A DNA stretch of 64,000 bases from Synechococcus sp. (GCA_047284725.1 JBJBEO010000001.1:1240203-1304202); one strand, 5' to 3'. Positions 32,395 through 43,448 are shown, counted from the stretch's first letter. Made by a program: numbers and translations. Notes: generated by a model not told the origin, from the sequence alone.

Positions 32395-34311
32395 ATGAAT
32401 CAACGCTGGCGCCAGATCGCTCTTTGGGTCCTTCCTATCGGCGTGGTGTTGCTGCTCGGCTGGCAGTTGATTGGCAACGGAGGGATGAAAGCCCTCAACC
32501 CCAACGGTCCAACGGTGGCTCCCCGCAATGCTGCTGTGGGACGGATGAGCTATGGCCGTTTCCTCGACTACGTGGAGGCCGGTCGCATCACGGCCGTCGA
32601 CATTTACGACGGTGGTCGCAATGCCGTTGTTGAAGCAGTGGACCCCGAGATTGACAACCGCGTGCAGCGGTTGCGTGTCGACCTACCCGGATTGGCACCC
32701 GAACTGATCAACACCCTCAAACAGGAAGGAATCAGTTTCGACGTCCATCCTCCACGCACTGCGCCACCGGCCCTTGGACTGCTCGGCAATCTGCTGTTCC
32801 CTCTGTTACTGATCGGATCGTTGATCTTCCTCGCACGTCGGGGAAACGGGATGCCTGGCGGGCCAGGTCAAGCGATGCAGTTCGGCAAGACCAAAGCCCG
32901 TTTTGCCATGGAAGCTGATACGGGCGTCAAATTTGACGATGTGGCCGGTGTTGCAGAGGCCAAGCAGGACCTGCAGGAAGTGGTCACGTTCCTCAAGCAA
33001 CCTGAACGATTCACCTCTGTCGGTGCACGTATTCCCAAAGGTGTTTTGCTCGTCGGTCCTCCCGGCACAGGCAAAACACTGTTGGCCAAGGCGATCGCTG
33101 GTGAAGCAGGTGTTCCCTTCTTCTCACTGTCGGGCTCGGAATTTGTCGAGATGTTCGTCGGTGTTGGCGCCAGCCGCGTGCGTGATCTGTTCAAGCGCGC
33201 CAAAGAAAACAGCCCCTGCCTGATTTTCATCGATGAGATCGATGCGGTCGGACGCCAGCGTGGTGCTGGCATCGGCGGTGGCAACGACGAGCGGGAGCAA
33301 ACCCTGAACCAACTCCTTACCGAGATGGATGGTTTTGAGGGCAACAGCGGCATCATCATCCTTGCGGCCACGAACCGTCCAGACGTGCTCGACTCCGCCC
33401 TGATGCGTCCGGGTCGGTTTGATCGTCAGGTCACAGTCGATGCCCCGGACATCAAAGGTCGTCTCTCGATCCTCGAAGTCCATGCCCGCAATAAAAAACT
33501 CGACGGTGATCTCACCCTTGAGAGCATTGCCCGCCGTACCCCGGGCTTCACAGGTGCCGATCTGGCCAATCTGCTGAACGAAGCGGCGATCCTCACAGCC
33601 CGCCGCCGCAAAGACAGCATCGGTCTTGGTGAAATCGATGATGCTGTTGATCGGATCATCGCCGGGATGGAGGGTCAGCCCCTGACGGACGGACGCAGCA
33701 AGCGTTTGATTGCTTACCACGAAGTTGGCCACGCCCTGGTTGGAACCTTGGTGAAAGCCCATGATCCCGTTCAGAAGGTCACGTTGATTCCACGTGGGCA
33801 AGCTCAGGGATTGACCTGGTTTTCTCCTGATGAAGAGCAGATGCTTGTCTCCCGAGCTCAGTTGAAAGCACGGATCATGGGTGCTCTGGGTGGTCGTGCA
33901 GCTGAAGATGTGGTGTTCGGCTACGAGGAGGTGACCACTGGAGCTGGTGGTGATATCCAACAGGTGGCCTCGATGGCGCGTCAAATGGTGACCCGTTTCG
34001 GCATGTCTGATCTGGGTCCGATTGCCCTCGAAGGGGGTGGTCAGGAAGTCTTCCTTGGCCGGGATCTGATGACGCGCAGCGATGTTTCTGATGCAATCTC
34101 AAAACAGATTGATGAACAGGTGCGTGCCATGGTCAAACGCTGTTACAGCGAAACTGTCGAATTGGTTGCTCAACACCGTGAAGTCATGGATCATCTCGTG
34201 GAACGTCTGATTGAAATCGAAAGCATGGATGGAGATGAATTCCGTGATCTCGTTTCAAAGTTCACCACAATCCCCGATAAAGAGCGTAGTATTGCCGTGC
34301 TTAACAACTAG
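32395..34311 (+). CDS. ftsH2: ATP-dependent zinc metalloprotease FtsH (FtsH2 type)
   Basis: [17 protein letters not shown], second region of homology, HEVGH zinc motif and [11 protein letters not shown]. Confidence 0.93.
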   Translation: MNQRWRQIALWVLPIGVVLLLGWQLIGNGGMKALNPNGPTVAPRNAAVGRMSYGRFLDYVEAGRITAVDIYDGGRNAVVEAVDPEIDNRVQRLRVDLPGLAPELINTLKQEGISFDVHPPRTAPPALGLLGNLLFPLLLIGSLIFLARRGNGMPGGPGQAMQFGKTKARFAMEADTGVKFDDVAGVAEAKQDLQEVVTFLKQPERFTSVGARIPKGVLLVGPPGTGKTLLAKAIAGEAGVPFFSLSGSEFVEMFVGVGASRVRDLFKRAKENSPCLIFIDEIDAVGRQRGAGIGGGNDEREQTLNQLLTEMDGFEGNSGIIILAATNRPDVLDSALMRPGRFDRQVTVDAPDIKGRLSILEVHARNKKLDGDLTLESIARRTPGFTGADLANLLNEAAILTARRRKDSIGLGEIDDAVDRIIAGMEGQPLTDGRSKRLIAYHEVGHALVGTLVKAHDPVQKVTLIPRGQAQGLTWFSPDEEQMLVSRAQLKARIMGALGGRAAEDVVFGYEEVTTGAGGDIQQVASMARQMVTRFGMSDLGPIALEGGGQEVFLGRDLMTRSDVSDAISKQIDEQVRAMVKRCYSETVELVAQHREVMDHLVERLIEIESMDGDEFRDLVSKFTTIPDKERSIAVLNN

Positions 34312-34372
34312 CTGTAGAATATTGAGGCAAATTGGGCCCTCCCTAGTCAATATTTCGCGATTGATGTGCACC

Positions 34373-34400
34373 AAAAAGCCCCATTAGTATGGGGCTTTTT
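34373..34400. terminator. Bidirectional intrinsic terminator between ftsH2 and clpP
   Basis: AAAAAGCCCCAT-TAGT-ATGGGGCTTTTT, a perfect inverted repeat with A and T tails. Confidence 0.88.
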
Positions 34401-34440
34401 CATTGGTCTTAAAGGCTGAACTCAAAAAGTCTGATTGGCG

Positions 34441-35031
34441 TCAAACGGAATGAACCGGGCGACGATCAATGACGGTGTCAATCAATCCGTAATCAACAGC
34501 TTCCTGTGGAGACATGAAAAAATCTCGGTCGGTGTCGATCTGAATTTTCTCCAGAGGTTGACCACTGCGTTCGGCAAGCTCTCGGTTGAGCTTCTCTTTG
34601 AGAAAGAGAATTTCGTCAGCCTGGATACGAATATCACTGGCTTGACCGCTTGCGCCACCAAGGGGCTGGTGAATCATGATCCGTGAATGACGAAGACTGC
34701 TGCGCTTGCCTTTGGTGCCCGCATTCAAGAGGAAGGCGCCCATGCTCGCAGCGAGACCCACGCACACCGTATGAACATCGGGTTTGATGTGCTGCATCGT
34801 GTCAAAGATGCCAAGACCGTCATAAACAGATCCGCCTGGAGAGTTGATGTAGAGGTAAATGTCCTTTTCAGGGTCCTCCGCTTCCAGAAAGAGCAGCTGG
34901 GCAACGATCCGGTTTGCCGACTCGCTTGTGACAGGCTCCCCCAGAAACACAATGCGCTCGCGCAACAGACGCGAGTAGATGTCAAAGGCCCTTTCACCCC
35001 GGCCTGATTCTTCGATCACGATCGGGATCAT
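34441..35031 (-). CDS. clpP: ATP-dependent Clp protease proteolytic subunit
   Basis: [24 protein letters not shown] and IMIHQP. Confidence 0.96.
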   Translation of the reverse strand: MIPIVIEESGRGERAFDIYSRLLRERIVFLGEPVTSESANRIVAQLLFLEAEDPEKDIYLYINSPGGSVYDGLGIFDTMQHIKPDVHTVCVGLAASMGAFLLNAGTKGKRSSLRHSRIMIHQPLGGASGQASDIRIQADEILFLKEKLNRELAERSGQPLEKIQIDTDRDFFMSPQEAVDYGLIDTVIDRRPVHSV

Positions 35032-35113
35032 TTTGGTCTGTTTGAGAGTGCCGCAATCCTAACGGCGTCCTCAGCGACGCTAAGGTTTATCTCACTTTGT
35101 TTGGTGCGGACAT

Positions 35114-35821
35114 TTGGGTGAGCATCTGACCATCGCCGACAGCAAGCGGGCGTTTCACCAAGCCTTCCCCTATGTGATCCCATCGCTCTATCGGCGCACA
35201 GCTGATGAGCTGCTGGTGGAGCTTCATCTGCTCAGTCACCAGAAGACGTTTCAGGTAGATGCCCTGTTTGCCGTGGGCCTTCAGCAGGTGTTCAACGCCT
35301 TCACACGTGGATACAGGCCTGAGGAACACCTGCCATCCCTGTTCAATGCCCTCTGCAGCTGTAACGGCTTTGACGCCGATCAGCTTCGCCAACTGGCTGC
35401 GTCCAGTGAGGATGCCGTCCAAGGTCACTCCATGGATGACGTGCAGCGTTGGTTGCACGACAAAGGTGCAGGTGCACCTGAAGCCGTGGCCTCCGTGCTC
35501 AAACGTGCCGACCAGGAGAACTTCCATTACTCACGGCTGATGGCGGTGGGGCTGCTGACGCTGCTGGCGAAAGCACGTGGACAGGATGGTGCGGATCCGA
35601 AGGAACTCGCTCAATCGGCCCATGAACTCAGTGAGCCCCTTGGACTTTCCAGGGATCGCGTGGAGAAAGACCTCGGTCTCTATCTTTCCAATCTGGAGAG
35701 AATGGCTCAGGCTGTTGAACTGGTGGAGGAAACCCTGGCGGCTGAACGACGCAAGCGGGAGCGTCAAGAAGATGGGGCGTCTGTGGAGGTGGAGTCTTCA
35801 GCCACAGGGAGTTCCACCTGA
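35114..35821 (+). CDS. psb29: Photosystem II biogenesis protein Psb29 (Thf1)
   Basis: TIADSKRAFH...YRR..DELLVELHLL, YSRL.AVGL and VEKDL.LY..NL; TTG start. Confidence 0.9.
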   Translation: MGEHLTIADSKRAFHQAFPYVIPSLYRRTADELLVELHLLSHQKTFQVDALFAVGLQQVFNAFTRGYRPEEHLPSLFNALCSCNGFDADQLRQLAASSEDAVQGHSMDDVQRWLHDKGAGAPEAVASVLKRADQENFHYSRLMAVGLLTLLAKARGQDGADPKELAQSAHELSEPLGLSRDRVEKDLGLYLSNLERMAQAVELVEETLAAERRKRERQEDGASVEVESSATGSST

Positions 35822-37209
35822 CCGCTGAGTTCTGACCATGCAGATTCAGCGCGGTCAGAACTGAGTTTGCGGAGACGCAGGCTCAATGTCTGAGCCTGTT
35901 TCACCACCCTGGGCCATTTCCCATCCAGCAGGCCTCGAGTCGTCAGATCTGCTGGACGCGCCCTCAGATCCAGGAGGATGTCGGGGCGTGCAGCCTGATC
36001 ACTCAAACTCGGCAGTGGAACTGTTGATGGCTCCATCCCAAGCCCAAGGCTGATTGTGGGGCGCGCTGAATGAGGTTGCAACCACCGCCACCCCCCAAGG
36101 ACAGTCTGATCAAGGGGGTCGGAGTCACGCCAGATCACGTTCCGACTCCCCTCCTGCACCAGACCCTGTTGGTTCAGTCGGTCTGTCAGAGCTTGCAGGG
36201 AGCTGTCGATACTCTGTCGATCAGCCTGAGGCCACAGCTGCAGCTGCAGACCAGCCTTGAAGGCTCCTTGCGGTCTGGCCACCAGTCTGAGCCGGAAAGG
36301 CGTTTGAAGAAGCTTTGTTCGCTGAACACCACTCAGGGCATAGTTTCGCTCAAGCGGGCGGCGAATGATCTCCCGACTTTCTAGGGCGGACAGCAGAACA
36401 CCGAGTTGTTCCCCTTCCATCATCAGTAAATCGAAGACATTCGCCGTTCGTTGCTGTTCGCCTTTCCCAGACCACAGATCATCATCAGAAAAGCCTTCAC
36501 GATCAGGTTTCAGTGACGAAGGGGCACCAGCAAGATTGCGCGAGCCGACCCAGCCATGCCATTGAAGATGGCCGTTGCGGACGCGTAGCGACAGACAGCC
36601 ATAGCCAGCCGACTGGAGCAGGGGAGCGGTCGCACCACTGAATCGAGCCAGCGCCTCTGGCCCCCAGATCACGGAAGGTCCCCGGGCTAACCGCCGCAGA
36701 CAACTGGAGAGCAGGGGAGAGGTGTCGACCCCGGAGCTGTCAGTCGAATCAAGTTGTTGGCGCAAAAATTGCTGATTGAGACCATCGGCGCTGAGGACTT
36801 CAAGTCCATCGAGGGGATGGGCAATCGCGCGAGCTCGTTCTTCGGCAGTGAGCAGGTTCGTCGGCAAGACAAGGTAAGCCTCACCATCAACGCTCCATCC
36901 CTGCCACCAGATTCCCCGCCCTAAGCGGCGCCAGATCTGTGTCGCGGGCTTGACACCAAGCCGACGTTTCCAGAGCAGAGGGGCCGGTTGCGTTGGATCG
37001 GCACGAAATGCCTGAAATAGCGGGAGTGCTTTTGAAAGCTTCTGAAGTGCGTGGGAATGGCGATCTGCCTGATCGTCAGTGGAGAGAACCAGGCCGGTCA
37101 CCGCCAGACCGGTGAGTACCGAACCGGCCGCCAAGGACAAGCGGTTGGTCCGAAGAAACGATTTCAGACCCTTCCAGACCCGTTGCGACGACGACGACGA
37201 TCTCGCCAT
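35764..37209 (-). CDS. Hypothetical membrane-anchored protein (~480 aa)
   Basis: Long ORF with one N-terminal hydrophobic helix that fills the gap downstream of petN; no family recognised. Confidence 0.65.
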   Translation of the reverse strand: MARSSSSSQRVWKGLKSFLRTNRLSLAAGSVLTGLAVTGLVLSTDDQADRHSHALQKLSKALPLFQAFRADPTQPAPLLWKRRLGVKPATQIWRRLGRGIWWQGWSVDGEAYLVLPTNLLTAEERARAIAHPLDGLEVLSADGLNQQFLRQQLDSTDSSGVDTSPLLSSCLRRLARGPSVIWGPEALARFSGATAPLLQSAGYGCLSLRVRNGHLQWHGWVGSRNLAGAPSSLKPDREGFSDDDLWSGKGEQQRTANVFDLLMMEGEQLGVLLSALESREIIRRPLERNYALSGVQRTKLLQTPFRLRLVARPQGAFKAGLQLQLWPQADRQSIDSSLQALTDRLNQQGLVQEGSRNVIWRDSDPLDQTVLGGWRWLQPHSARPTISLGLGMEPSTVPLPSLSDQAARPDILLDLRARPADLTTRGLLDGKWPRVVKQAQTLSLRLRKLSSDRAESAWSELSGQVELPVAEDSTSTDAPSS

Positions 37210-37316
37210 TCAATGGTTGAGAGGTAGATCACAGCACCGCTGACAAACACGAGCAGGGATGCTGCGGTGACGGCCAACCCCTGACTGAGGATTGGCGATT
37301 GAAGCACTTCAGACAA
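37164..37316 (-). CDS. Small single-TM protein (50 aa, TTG start)
   Basis: Manual translation MSEVLQSPILSQGLAVTAASLLVFVSGAVIYLSTIEWRDRRRRRNGSGRV; starts 5 nt after the petN stop. Confidence 0.65.
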   Translation of the reverse strand: MSEVLQSPILSQGLAVTAASLLVFVSGAVIYLSTIEWRDRRRRRNGSGRV

Positions 37317-37321
37317 TGGAT

Positions 37322-37423
37322 TCAGAAGTTCAGCGTGCCGTCACCATTCCGGCCCCAGACCACCATGGCGATCGAGAAGCTGAACATGGCGGCCAAGGAA
37401 GCCCAGGCAAAAGTGAACAGCAT
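37322..37423 (-). CDS. petN: Cytochrome b6f subunit VIII
   Basis: Manual translation [33 protein letters not shown], containing the PetN VVWGR signature; below the ORF-track cutoff. Confidence 0.93.
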   Translation of the reverse strand: MLFTFAWASLAAMFSFSIAMVVWGRNGDGTLNF

Positions 37424-37489
37424 GAAAGCGATGCAGACTGAAGGAGTTTAACTAGTCTCCTGCTTCATTCCGACGGACTGTTGACTCTC

Positions 37490-37786
37490 ATGACAGGCTC
37501 CACTGCTGGTTCCTCAACGTTGCTGGAGCGGTCACAGACAACCCAGAGGTATCCACAGGCTCGCGTGATTGTGCTCAACGACGACATCAACACCTTCGAG
37601 CACGTGGTGAACTGTCTGTGCAAGATCATTCCTGGGATGAGCAGTGACAGGGCCTGGAAGCTGGCGCACCGCATCGATGGGGAGGGCTCCGCGGAGGTGT
37701 GGTGTGGCCCTTTGGAGCAAGCGGAGCTTTACCACCAGCAGCTCAGCGGAGAAGGTTTGACCATGGCTCCGATCGAGCGTTGCTGA
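37490..37786 (+). CDS. clpS: Clp protease adaptor ClpS
   Basis: VIVLNDDINTFEHVV...EG.AEVW.GP.EQAELY. Confidence 0.92.
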   Translation: MTGSTAGSSTLLERSQTTQRYPQARVIVLNDDINTFEHVVNCLCKIIPGMSSDRAWKLAHRIDGEGSAEVWCGPLEQAELYHQQLSGEGLTMAPIERC

Positions 37787-37826
37787 AGCAAGTAGCTTCA
37801 AGTCCAAGCATGTTGGGAGGATCCCT

Positions 37827-39239
37827 GTGGGATCGGCACGATTCATCGCCCTTGCCCTGCGACTCGGGTTGTTTCAGGCCTGCCTGGGTGCACTCTCGGT
37901 ACTCACCCTTGGGATCTTCAACAGGTTGCTCATCGATGAGTTCTCGGTTCCAGCAGCGTTAACGGCCCTCGCTCTTGGCGGGCAGCAACTGGTTGCCTTC
38001 AGCCGCGTCTGGTTCGGTCAGCGGTCGGACCGCACCCGTTGGAACGGCCTCAAACGCACACCTTTCATTCTGGGTGGAGCGGCCGTGTTCTGTTTGCTCA
38101 CCTGGGTGGCAGGCCGCACGGTGTTGTGGCTCGCTGCAGCGTCCCAGATGGGAGATACGTCAGCAGTGCTCATGCGAGGTTTACTGCTTGCCGGAGTGTT
38201 TGTCGGTTACGGCCTGGCGATCTCCGCCAGTTCCACGCCCTTTGCCGCCCTGCTGGTCGACATCAGTACGGAAAAACAACGGCCAACCCTGGTGTCGGTG
38301 GTCTGGTCCATGTTGATGGTGGGCATCGTGGCTGGGGCGATCCTGTTGAGTGCCTTTCTCGGCAACTCCTGTGCGTCAAAAGATCTGATGGATGTGATCG
38401 CAGGGGTGGAGCGTTTGATCGTTGTGGCTCCTCTTGTGATTTTCGCCCTCGTGCTGGTGGCCATTGTTGGTGTCGAACCTCGCCAGGGACAGACGGGAAC
38501 GCAGGACAATCACTCATCAACTCAAACGTCATCCTCGCTTTCAGAGGCCAGTCATGAGCTGAGCATCGGTCAGGCCTGGCGCATTCTCCGTGCGTCTCCT
38601 CAGGTTGGCTATTTCTTTGTTGTGCTGTCGTTATTCACGTTCTCACTGTTTCTTCAAGAAGCCGTTCTGGAGCCTTACGGCGGCGCCGTGTTTGGCATGG
38701 ATGTTTGCGCCAGTACACGGCTGAACGCCACCTGGGGGGTTGGCACTCTTTTGGGCATTGCATCCACGGGTGTTCTTCTGGTCCCTCGTCTCGGCCCCCA
38801 GCGAACGGCTCTATTCGGCGGGCTTCTCTCGGCTGTCTTTGTGTTGGGCATGGTGATCGCTGGCTCCATGGCCTCGGAGCCTCTGTTCAAAACCAGCCTG
38901 TTTCTCTTTGGTTACAGCGCTGGTGTCAGTACAAACGCGAGTCTGACCCTCATGCTTGGCCTCACTTCACCCTTGATGGCTGGCACGTTCATCGGCGTGT
39001 GGGGTCTTGCACAGGCCTATGCCCGAGGCCTTGCCACCATCAGTGGCGGAAGCCTGTTGAGCTTGTTTGGTTCAGTGACTGGAGGTCAGAACAGTTTTGC
39101 CGCTTACGCAGGGGTGTTCATCACCCAGGCTGTGGGGCTGTTGATTGCTGGCCTGCTTCTGCTCAAAGTCGATACCAGTCTGTTCAAGCGCGATGTCGAT
39201 CAAGCCTTGGGTGCCGTTGTGGCTTCAGAACTGGATTAA
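37827..39239 (+). CDS. BCD family (PucC-like) MFS transporter
   Basis: RLGLFQ...TLG.FNR, FGQ.SD, RTPFI and QE.VLEPYGG.VFGM; about 12 TM helices. Confidence 0.85.
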   Translation: MGSARFIALALRLGLFQACLGALSVLTLGIFNRLLIDEFSVPAALTALALGGQQLVAFSRVWFGQRSDRTRWNGLKRTPFILGGAAVFCLLTWVAGRTVLWLAAASQMGDTSAVLMRGLLLAGVFVGYGLAISASSTPFAALLVDISTEKQRPTLVSVVWSMLMVGIVAGAILLSAFLGNSCASKDLMDVIAGVERLIVVAPLVIFALVLVAIVGVEPRQGQTGTQDNHSSTQTSSSLSEASHELSIGQAWRILRASPQVGYFFVVLSLFTFSLFLQEAVLEPYGGAVFGMDVCASTRLNATWGVGTLLGIASTGVLLVPRLGPQRTALFGGLLSAVFVLGMVIAGSMASEPLFKTSLFLFGYSAGVSTNASLTLMLGLTSPLMAGTFIGVWGLAQAYARGLATISGGSLLSLFGSVTGGQNSFAAYAGVFITQAVGLLIAGLLLLKVDTSLFKRDVDQALGAVVASELD

Positions 39240-39259
39240 CGGACCTGATTGAGGGCAGC

Positions 39260-39487
39260 TCAGGCCGCAGGTACTCGTTTTGACCGCATCAGGCGCAACA
39301 GCACCGAGGTCTTCAAACGCTTGCTGTCGTGATCAAGCACGTAGCGCAACACTCGGCCGGGACAGAACGCGAGGCCACGCACTTCAGGACCATGAAGCTC
39401 GGTGGTGAGGACACAAGCATTCGGCCCATGACGCTTGAGCAATGGCTCTCCCACTAAAAGCCGCAGGGTATCCACTGACTTGAGCAT
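39260..39487 (-). CDS. Small hypothetical protein
   Basis: MLKSVDTLRLLVGEPLL...GLAFCPGRVLRYVLD fills the intergenic gap; start uncertain. Confidence 0.55.
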   Translation of the reverse strand: MLKSVDTLRLLVGEPLLKRHGPNACVLTTELHGPEVRGLAFCPGRVLRYVLDHDSKRLKTSVLLRLMRSKRVPAA

Positions 39488-39560
39488 CACCGACAGCAGG
39501 GCTCTCCCTGTGTCGTAGCCACAGTCGCTAGGTTCAGCCAACTCTTGGCTTGGTGAGCAC

Positions 39561-39887
39561 GTGGGACGGTTGGTGATCACCCATAGCACCTACGTCGATG
39601 GCCTGATTGTCTGGTTGAAACGACTGGCAGCTGATCCAGCCATTCAGACCATCACACCTGGCGTGATTGCTCGCGTGAAAGGACGCTCACAGAGTCTTCG
39701 GCTCAGGGTTTCCACCCGGATGCTGGGTGGTTTCAAACTCGTCGCCAGAAAGGGGGCGATGGTGCAGGAAGTGTTTGTGGTGACATCCCTTGATGCAGAC
39801 GAATTGGAACGACGACTGCAGGCTTCACAGCCTTCCAATCACAACAAGAAGAACGGGAAGCTCTCTTCTCCCAGAACACAACCCTGA
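39561..39887 (+). CDS. DUF2103 family protein
   Basis: MGRLVITHSTYVDGL...ITPGVI...GFKL.ARKG..VQEVFVVT. Confidence 0.8.
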   Translation: MGRLVITHSTYVDGLIVWLKRLAADPAIQTITPGVIARVKGRSQSLRLRVSTRMLGGFKLVARKGAMVQEVFVVTSLDADELERRLQASQPSNHNKKNGKLSSPRTQP

Positions 39888-39903
39888 AGTTCGTTCAACA
39901 CCA

Positions 39904-40090
39904 GACCCAACGGTGTTGCACAGCTGCGACCACGACAGTCAAGAAAAAACAAAAGGATTGATTGGTGAACCGCTGTGCCGTGCGAGCCTCAGTGATCGAC
40001 CTGGAAGAACCAGAAGGGGCAACAAAGTGATGGATCCGTTTCCGGCTACAAGGCCGGTTTACTGCACCAGCACGACAGTCACCCCAAGTC
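39904..40090 (-). ncRNA. ssrS: 6S RNA (SsaA/Yfr7)
   Basis: 187 nt directly downstream of purK, the known position in marine picocyanobacteria. The 5' GACUUGGGGUG pairs with the 3' CACCGUUGGGUC using G.U pairs on the minus strand only. A central bubble lies between GCAGU/ACUGU and GGAU/AUCC stems. Ends are approximate. Confidence 0.82.
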
Positions 40091-40144
40091 GATAGAGAGT
40101 CAGATCAGAGCACTAGAAAAGGCCGTCACCAACACAGCAGTTCA

Positions 40145-41332
40145 TCACCAACTTATCGGCAAGGGCCAGATGGCGCGAACGCGTTCCAAGGCCTCCTTGG
40201 CTTGATGACGACGCGCACCGGCTTCCTCGGCATCAAGGACCACGGTGACATGACCAAGCTTGCGCCCAGCACTTTCTCCCTGCTTGTCGTACCAGTGAAC
40301 ATGAAGGTCTGGTTCGCTGCGCAGAAGCGCAAGCCGTTGCTCCAGGGATGCAGCCTGCCCCGATGGCAAACCCAGGAGATTGACCATGAGCGCACCTGGC
40401 ACCACCAAAGCGGGGTCAGGCACATCCAGCCCAGCCGCAATGCAGAGCTGTTGGTCAAACTGACTGCTTGCACAGGCCTCGATCGAAACATGGCCAGAGT
40501 TGTGCGTTCGCGGTGCAATCTCATTCACTAACAAACCCTTGGCGCCATAAAAAAGTTCAATGGCCAACACGCCGACGTAGTCGAGTTTCGTCAGCAGTGA
40601 TGCAGCCATGTTGTAGGCCGTTGCATCAACCACCTGTTCCACCTCTGCGGGTGTGAGAACCCAATCACACACCTGATTGGCTTGATGGGTTTCCGCTAGA
40701 GGAAGAGCGCGCACCCTCCCCTGATCATCACGACTCACAACCAGGGCAAGCTCGCGCTCGTACTCCACCCAGGCCTCCAGAAACCAGTCCTCGCAATCAA
40801 CCTCGCTGAGCAGCTCGGCCAATGCCTGATCGGACCGGATCACACGGGTGCCGCGACCGTCGTAACCACCAGTGGCAGCTTTGGCCATCACAGGAAAGCT
40901 CCAGTCTTTGGGGAGTGTGGGCGATCCGGAATCAATCGACGTCAACTCAACCCAGTCAGGACTTGGAATTGCCAACTGATCGAGCAGTCGACGCTGATGC
41001 ACCTTGTTGACCAACGGACTGAGGCTGGCGAGGGAGGGCCGGAACCTGGCGCCTCTGTGTTCCAGGGCCGTTAAGTCCTCGATGCTGACCCATTCATTTT
41101 CAAAGGTGATCCCGCTGCATCGTGCCAACAGCTGTTCTGTGGCAATGGCATCAACAGGGTCAGCCTCCACAACGGATGTCGCGATCCGGCCAGCAGGATC
41201 ATCCACAGATCCGGTCTGCACCACCACATCCACCTGGCGTTGGCGCGCAGCCTCCACGAGCATCCTCGCCAGTTGACCTCCACCCACAACTCCGATCGGG
41301 GGGTGTTCGCTGGAGACTGCCGCGCTGGCCAT
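40145..41332 (-). CDS. purK: N5-carboxyaminoimidazole ribonucleotide synthase
   Basis: GGGQLARM, TFENE, GYDGRG, NEIAPRTHNSGH and RKLGHVT. Confidence 0.95.
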   Translation of the reverse strand: MASAAVSSEHPPIGVVGGGQLARMLVEAARQRQVDVVVQTGSVDDPAGRIATSVVEADPVDAIATEQLLARCSGITFENEWVSIEDLTALEHRGARFRPSLASLSPLVNKVHQRRLLDQLAIPSPDWVELTSIDSGSPTLPKDWSFPVMAKAATGGYDGRGTRVIRSDQALAELLSEVDCEDWFLEAWVEYERELALVVSRDDQGRVRALPLAETHQANQVCDWVLTPAEVEQVVDATAYNMAASLLTKLDYVGVLAIELFYGAKGLLVNEIAPRTHNSGHVSIEACASSQFDQQLCIAAGLDVPDPALVVPGALMVNLLGLPSGQAASLEQRLALLRSEPDLHVHWYDKQGESAGRKLGHVTVVLDAEEAGARRHQAKEALERVRAIWPLPISW

Positions 41333-41359
41333 GGAGACGACGGGATGAGCGATGGTTGA

Positions 41360-42271
41360 TCAGATCAATCCTCTCTCGCCGGCAAACACGAGCCTGATCA
41401 GCGTCAGCAGCATCACCAAGAGGAACAACGCCAAACCAACCGTGCAGGCGTAGCTGATCTCCAGTTCTGAGAAGGCCTGGTCATAGACGTAATACACGAG
41501 GGTACGGGTTGCGTCGGCAGGCCCCCCTTGCGTCATCAGGAAGACCTCCTCAAACACCTTGGTGGCAGCGATTGCAGAAATGACAGACACCAAGGTGATG
41601 TAGGGACGCAACAAGGGAAGGGTGATATCGAGATGCTTGCGCCAGCCTTCACTGCCATCGAGTTCAGCCGCTTCATACAGCTCCTGGGGAATGCCCTGCA
41701 ATCCGGCCAGGAAGATCACCATGTAGTAACCCAGTCCCTTCCAGAGAGTCACCACCATCACGGAAGGCAAGGCCAGCAAGGGATTGGAGAGAAAGCCAAT
41801 CGGTGCGAAACCATCGCCCAGCAGGGCAACGAGCCAACCGTTCAACAAACCGTTCTCGGAATACAGCCAGCGAAACGCAATCGCCGCTACCACGATGGAG
41901 ACCAGCACCGGGGTATAGAAACCGGCCCTGAGCACATGCATCCCCGGCAACCGGCGGTTGACCAGCACAGCCAGGGCCAGGGAGCCGAGCACAATCGGAG
42001 GCACGATGCCAATGAGATAAAGGAGGGTGTTGATCAGCACCCGGTAAAACATGGGATCGCGCACCAATCGCTGGAGATTGGCCAGTCCCACAAAGCGCAG
42101 TGGTTCTCCGACGTCGAGTCCTGTCTGGGTGAACGACATCACCAGCGCCATCAGGGCTGGAATCAACACCGAAACGGAGAGAAGACTGAGCGCCGGGAGG
42201 AGAAACGCCCAGGCGACAACAGAGCGTTGCCAGCCGTTCGATTCAAGCCTTTGCACCATGCCCGATGTCAC
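41360..42271 (-). CDS. Carbohydrate ABC transporter permease (LacF-like)
   Basis: WKGLGYYMVIFLAGLQGIP.ELYEAAELDG. Confidence 0.9.
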   Translation of the reverse strand: MTSGMVQRLESNGWQRSVVAWAFLLPALSLLSVSVLIPALMALVMSFTQTGLDVGEPLRFVGLANLQRLVRDPMFYRVLINTLLYLIGIVPPIVLGSLALAVLVNRRLPGMHVLRAGFYTPVLVSIVVAAIAFRWLYSENGLLNGWLVALLGDGFAPIGFLSNPLLALPSVMVVTLWKGLGYYMVIFLAGLQGIPQELYEAAELDGSEGWRKHLDITLPLLRPYITLVSVISAIAATKVFEEVFLMTQGGPADATRTLVYYVYDQAFSELEISYACTVGLALFLLVMLLTLIRLVFAGERGLI

Positions 42272-42356
42272 TCTTGGCGGAGGTTAGGCCTGGCAACAGG
42301 ACAAGACGGCAGAGTGGTCGAGCAACCGTGACGCCTCAGGCGCTGAATGACCACCG

Positions 42357-43448
42357 ATGCAGCGCATCCCAGTCAACCTTGCATTGAATCCCTACGACGT
42401 TGTCATTGGCCACGGTGCCCTTCAGCATCTCGGCGATGAACTCCTGGCGACTGGGGTCTCACCAGGGAAAGTGCTCGTGGTGAGCAACCCTGATGTGGCG
42501 GAACCTTACGGGGATCGTTGCCTGACCAGTCTTCGACGCTGTGGTTTCGAACCGGAGTTACTGGTGATCGATGCCGGCGAAGACCAGAAACATCTCGGCA
42601 CCATCAGCCAGATTCACGATGCCGCCCATCGAATGCGACTGGAACGGGGCTCACTGATGGTGGCCCTCGGCGGTGGTGTTGTGGGCGACATGACGGGATT
42701 TGCCGCTGCCACATGGTTGCGCGGCGTGGCGGTGGTGCAGGTTCCTACCACTCTTCTGGCCATGGTGGACGCATCCATTGGTGGCAAAACAGGGGTGAAC
42801 CACCCGGGGGGCAAAAACCTGATCGGTGCATTCCACCAACCGAAGCTTGTCTTGATTGATCCCGAGACCCTCAGCACCCTGCCATCACGTGAATTCAGGG
42901 CTGGCATGGCTGAAGTGGTGAAGTATGGCGTGATCGGTGATTCCGACTTGTTTGAACTGCTTGAGCGCAGTGGCCGTCTCAGCGAAACAGCCGATCTCGA
43001 CGCCGCTCTTCTGCAAACCATCCTCGAGCGCTCGGCCCGGGCCAAGGCGGATGTGGTCGCGGCAGATGAACGGGAAGGTGGTAGGCGAGCGATTCTCAAT
43101 TACGGCCATACCTTTGGTCATGTGGTGGAGAACCTGACCGGGTACGGCACCTGGCTGCATGGTGAAGCCGTGGCCCTCGGCATGGTGGCCGTCGGAGAAT
43201 TGGCGGTGCAGCGAAGCGATTGGTCGCGAGACGAGGCCGACAGGCAGCGCCGTCTTCTCCAGAACTGTGGGCTGCCCACCGTGTGGCCGCCTTTGCGTGA
43301 TTCGGCGGTGCTCAACACCCTTCAAGGCGACAAGAAGGTGCAAAACGGTCGCATCCGGTTTGTGATCCCCAGCCGAATCGGGGCTGTTTCCATCTGTTCT
43401 GATGTCACCACCGAACAGATCAACGCTTGTCTTCAAGCTCTCAGTTGA
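42357..43448 (+). CDS. aroB: 3-dehydroquinate synthase
   Basis: [33 protein letters not shown] and HGEAV. Confidence 0.96.
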   Translation: MQRIPVNLALNPYDVVIGHGALQHLGDELLATGVSPGKVLVVSNPDVAEPYGDRCLTSLRRCGFEPELLVIDAGEDQKHLGTISQIHDAAHRMRLERGSLMVALGGGVVGDMTGFAAATWLRGVAVVQVPTTLLAMVDASIGGKTGVNHPGGKNLIGAFHQPKLVLIDPETLSTLPSREFRAGMAEVVKYGVIGDSDLFELLERSGRLSETADLDAALLQTILERSARAKADVVAADEREGGRRAILNYGHTFGHVVENLTGYGTWLHGEAVALGMVAVGELAVQRSDWSRDEADRQRRLLQNCGLPTVWPPLRDSAVLNTLQGDKKVQNGRIRFVIPSRIGAVSICSDVTTEQINACLQALS

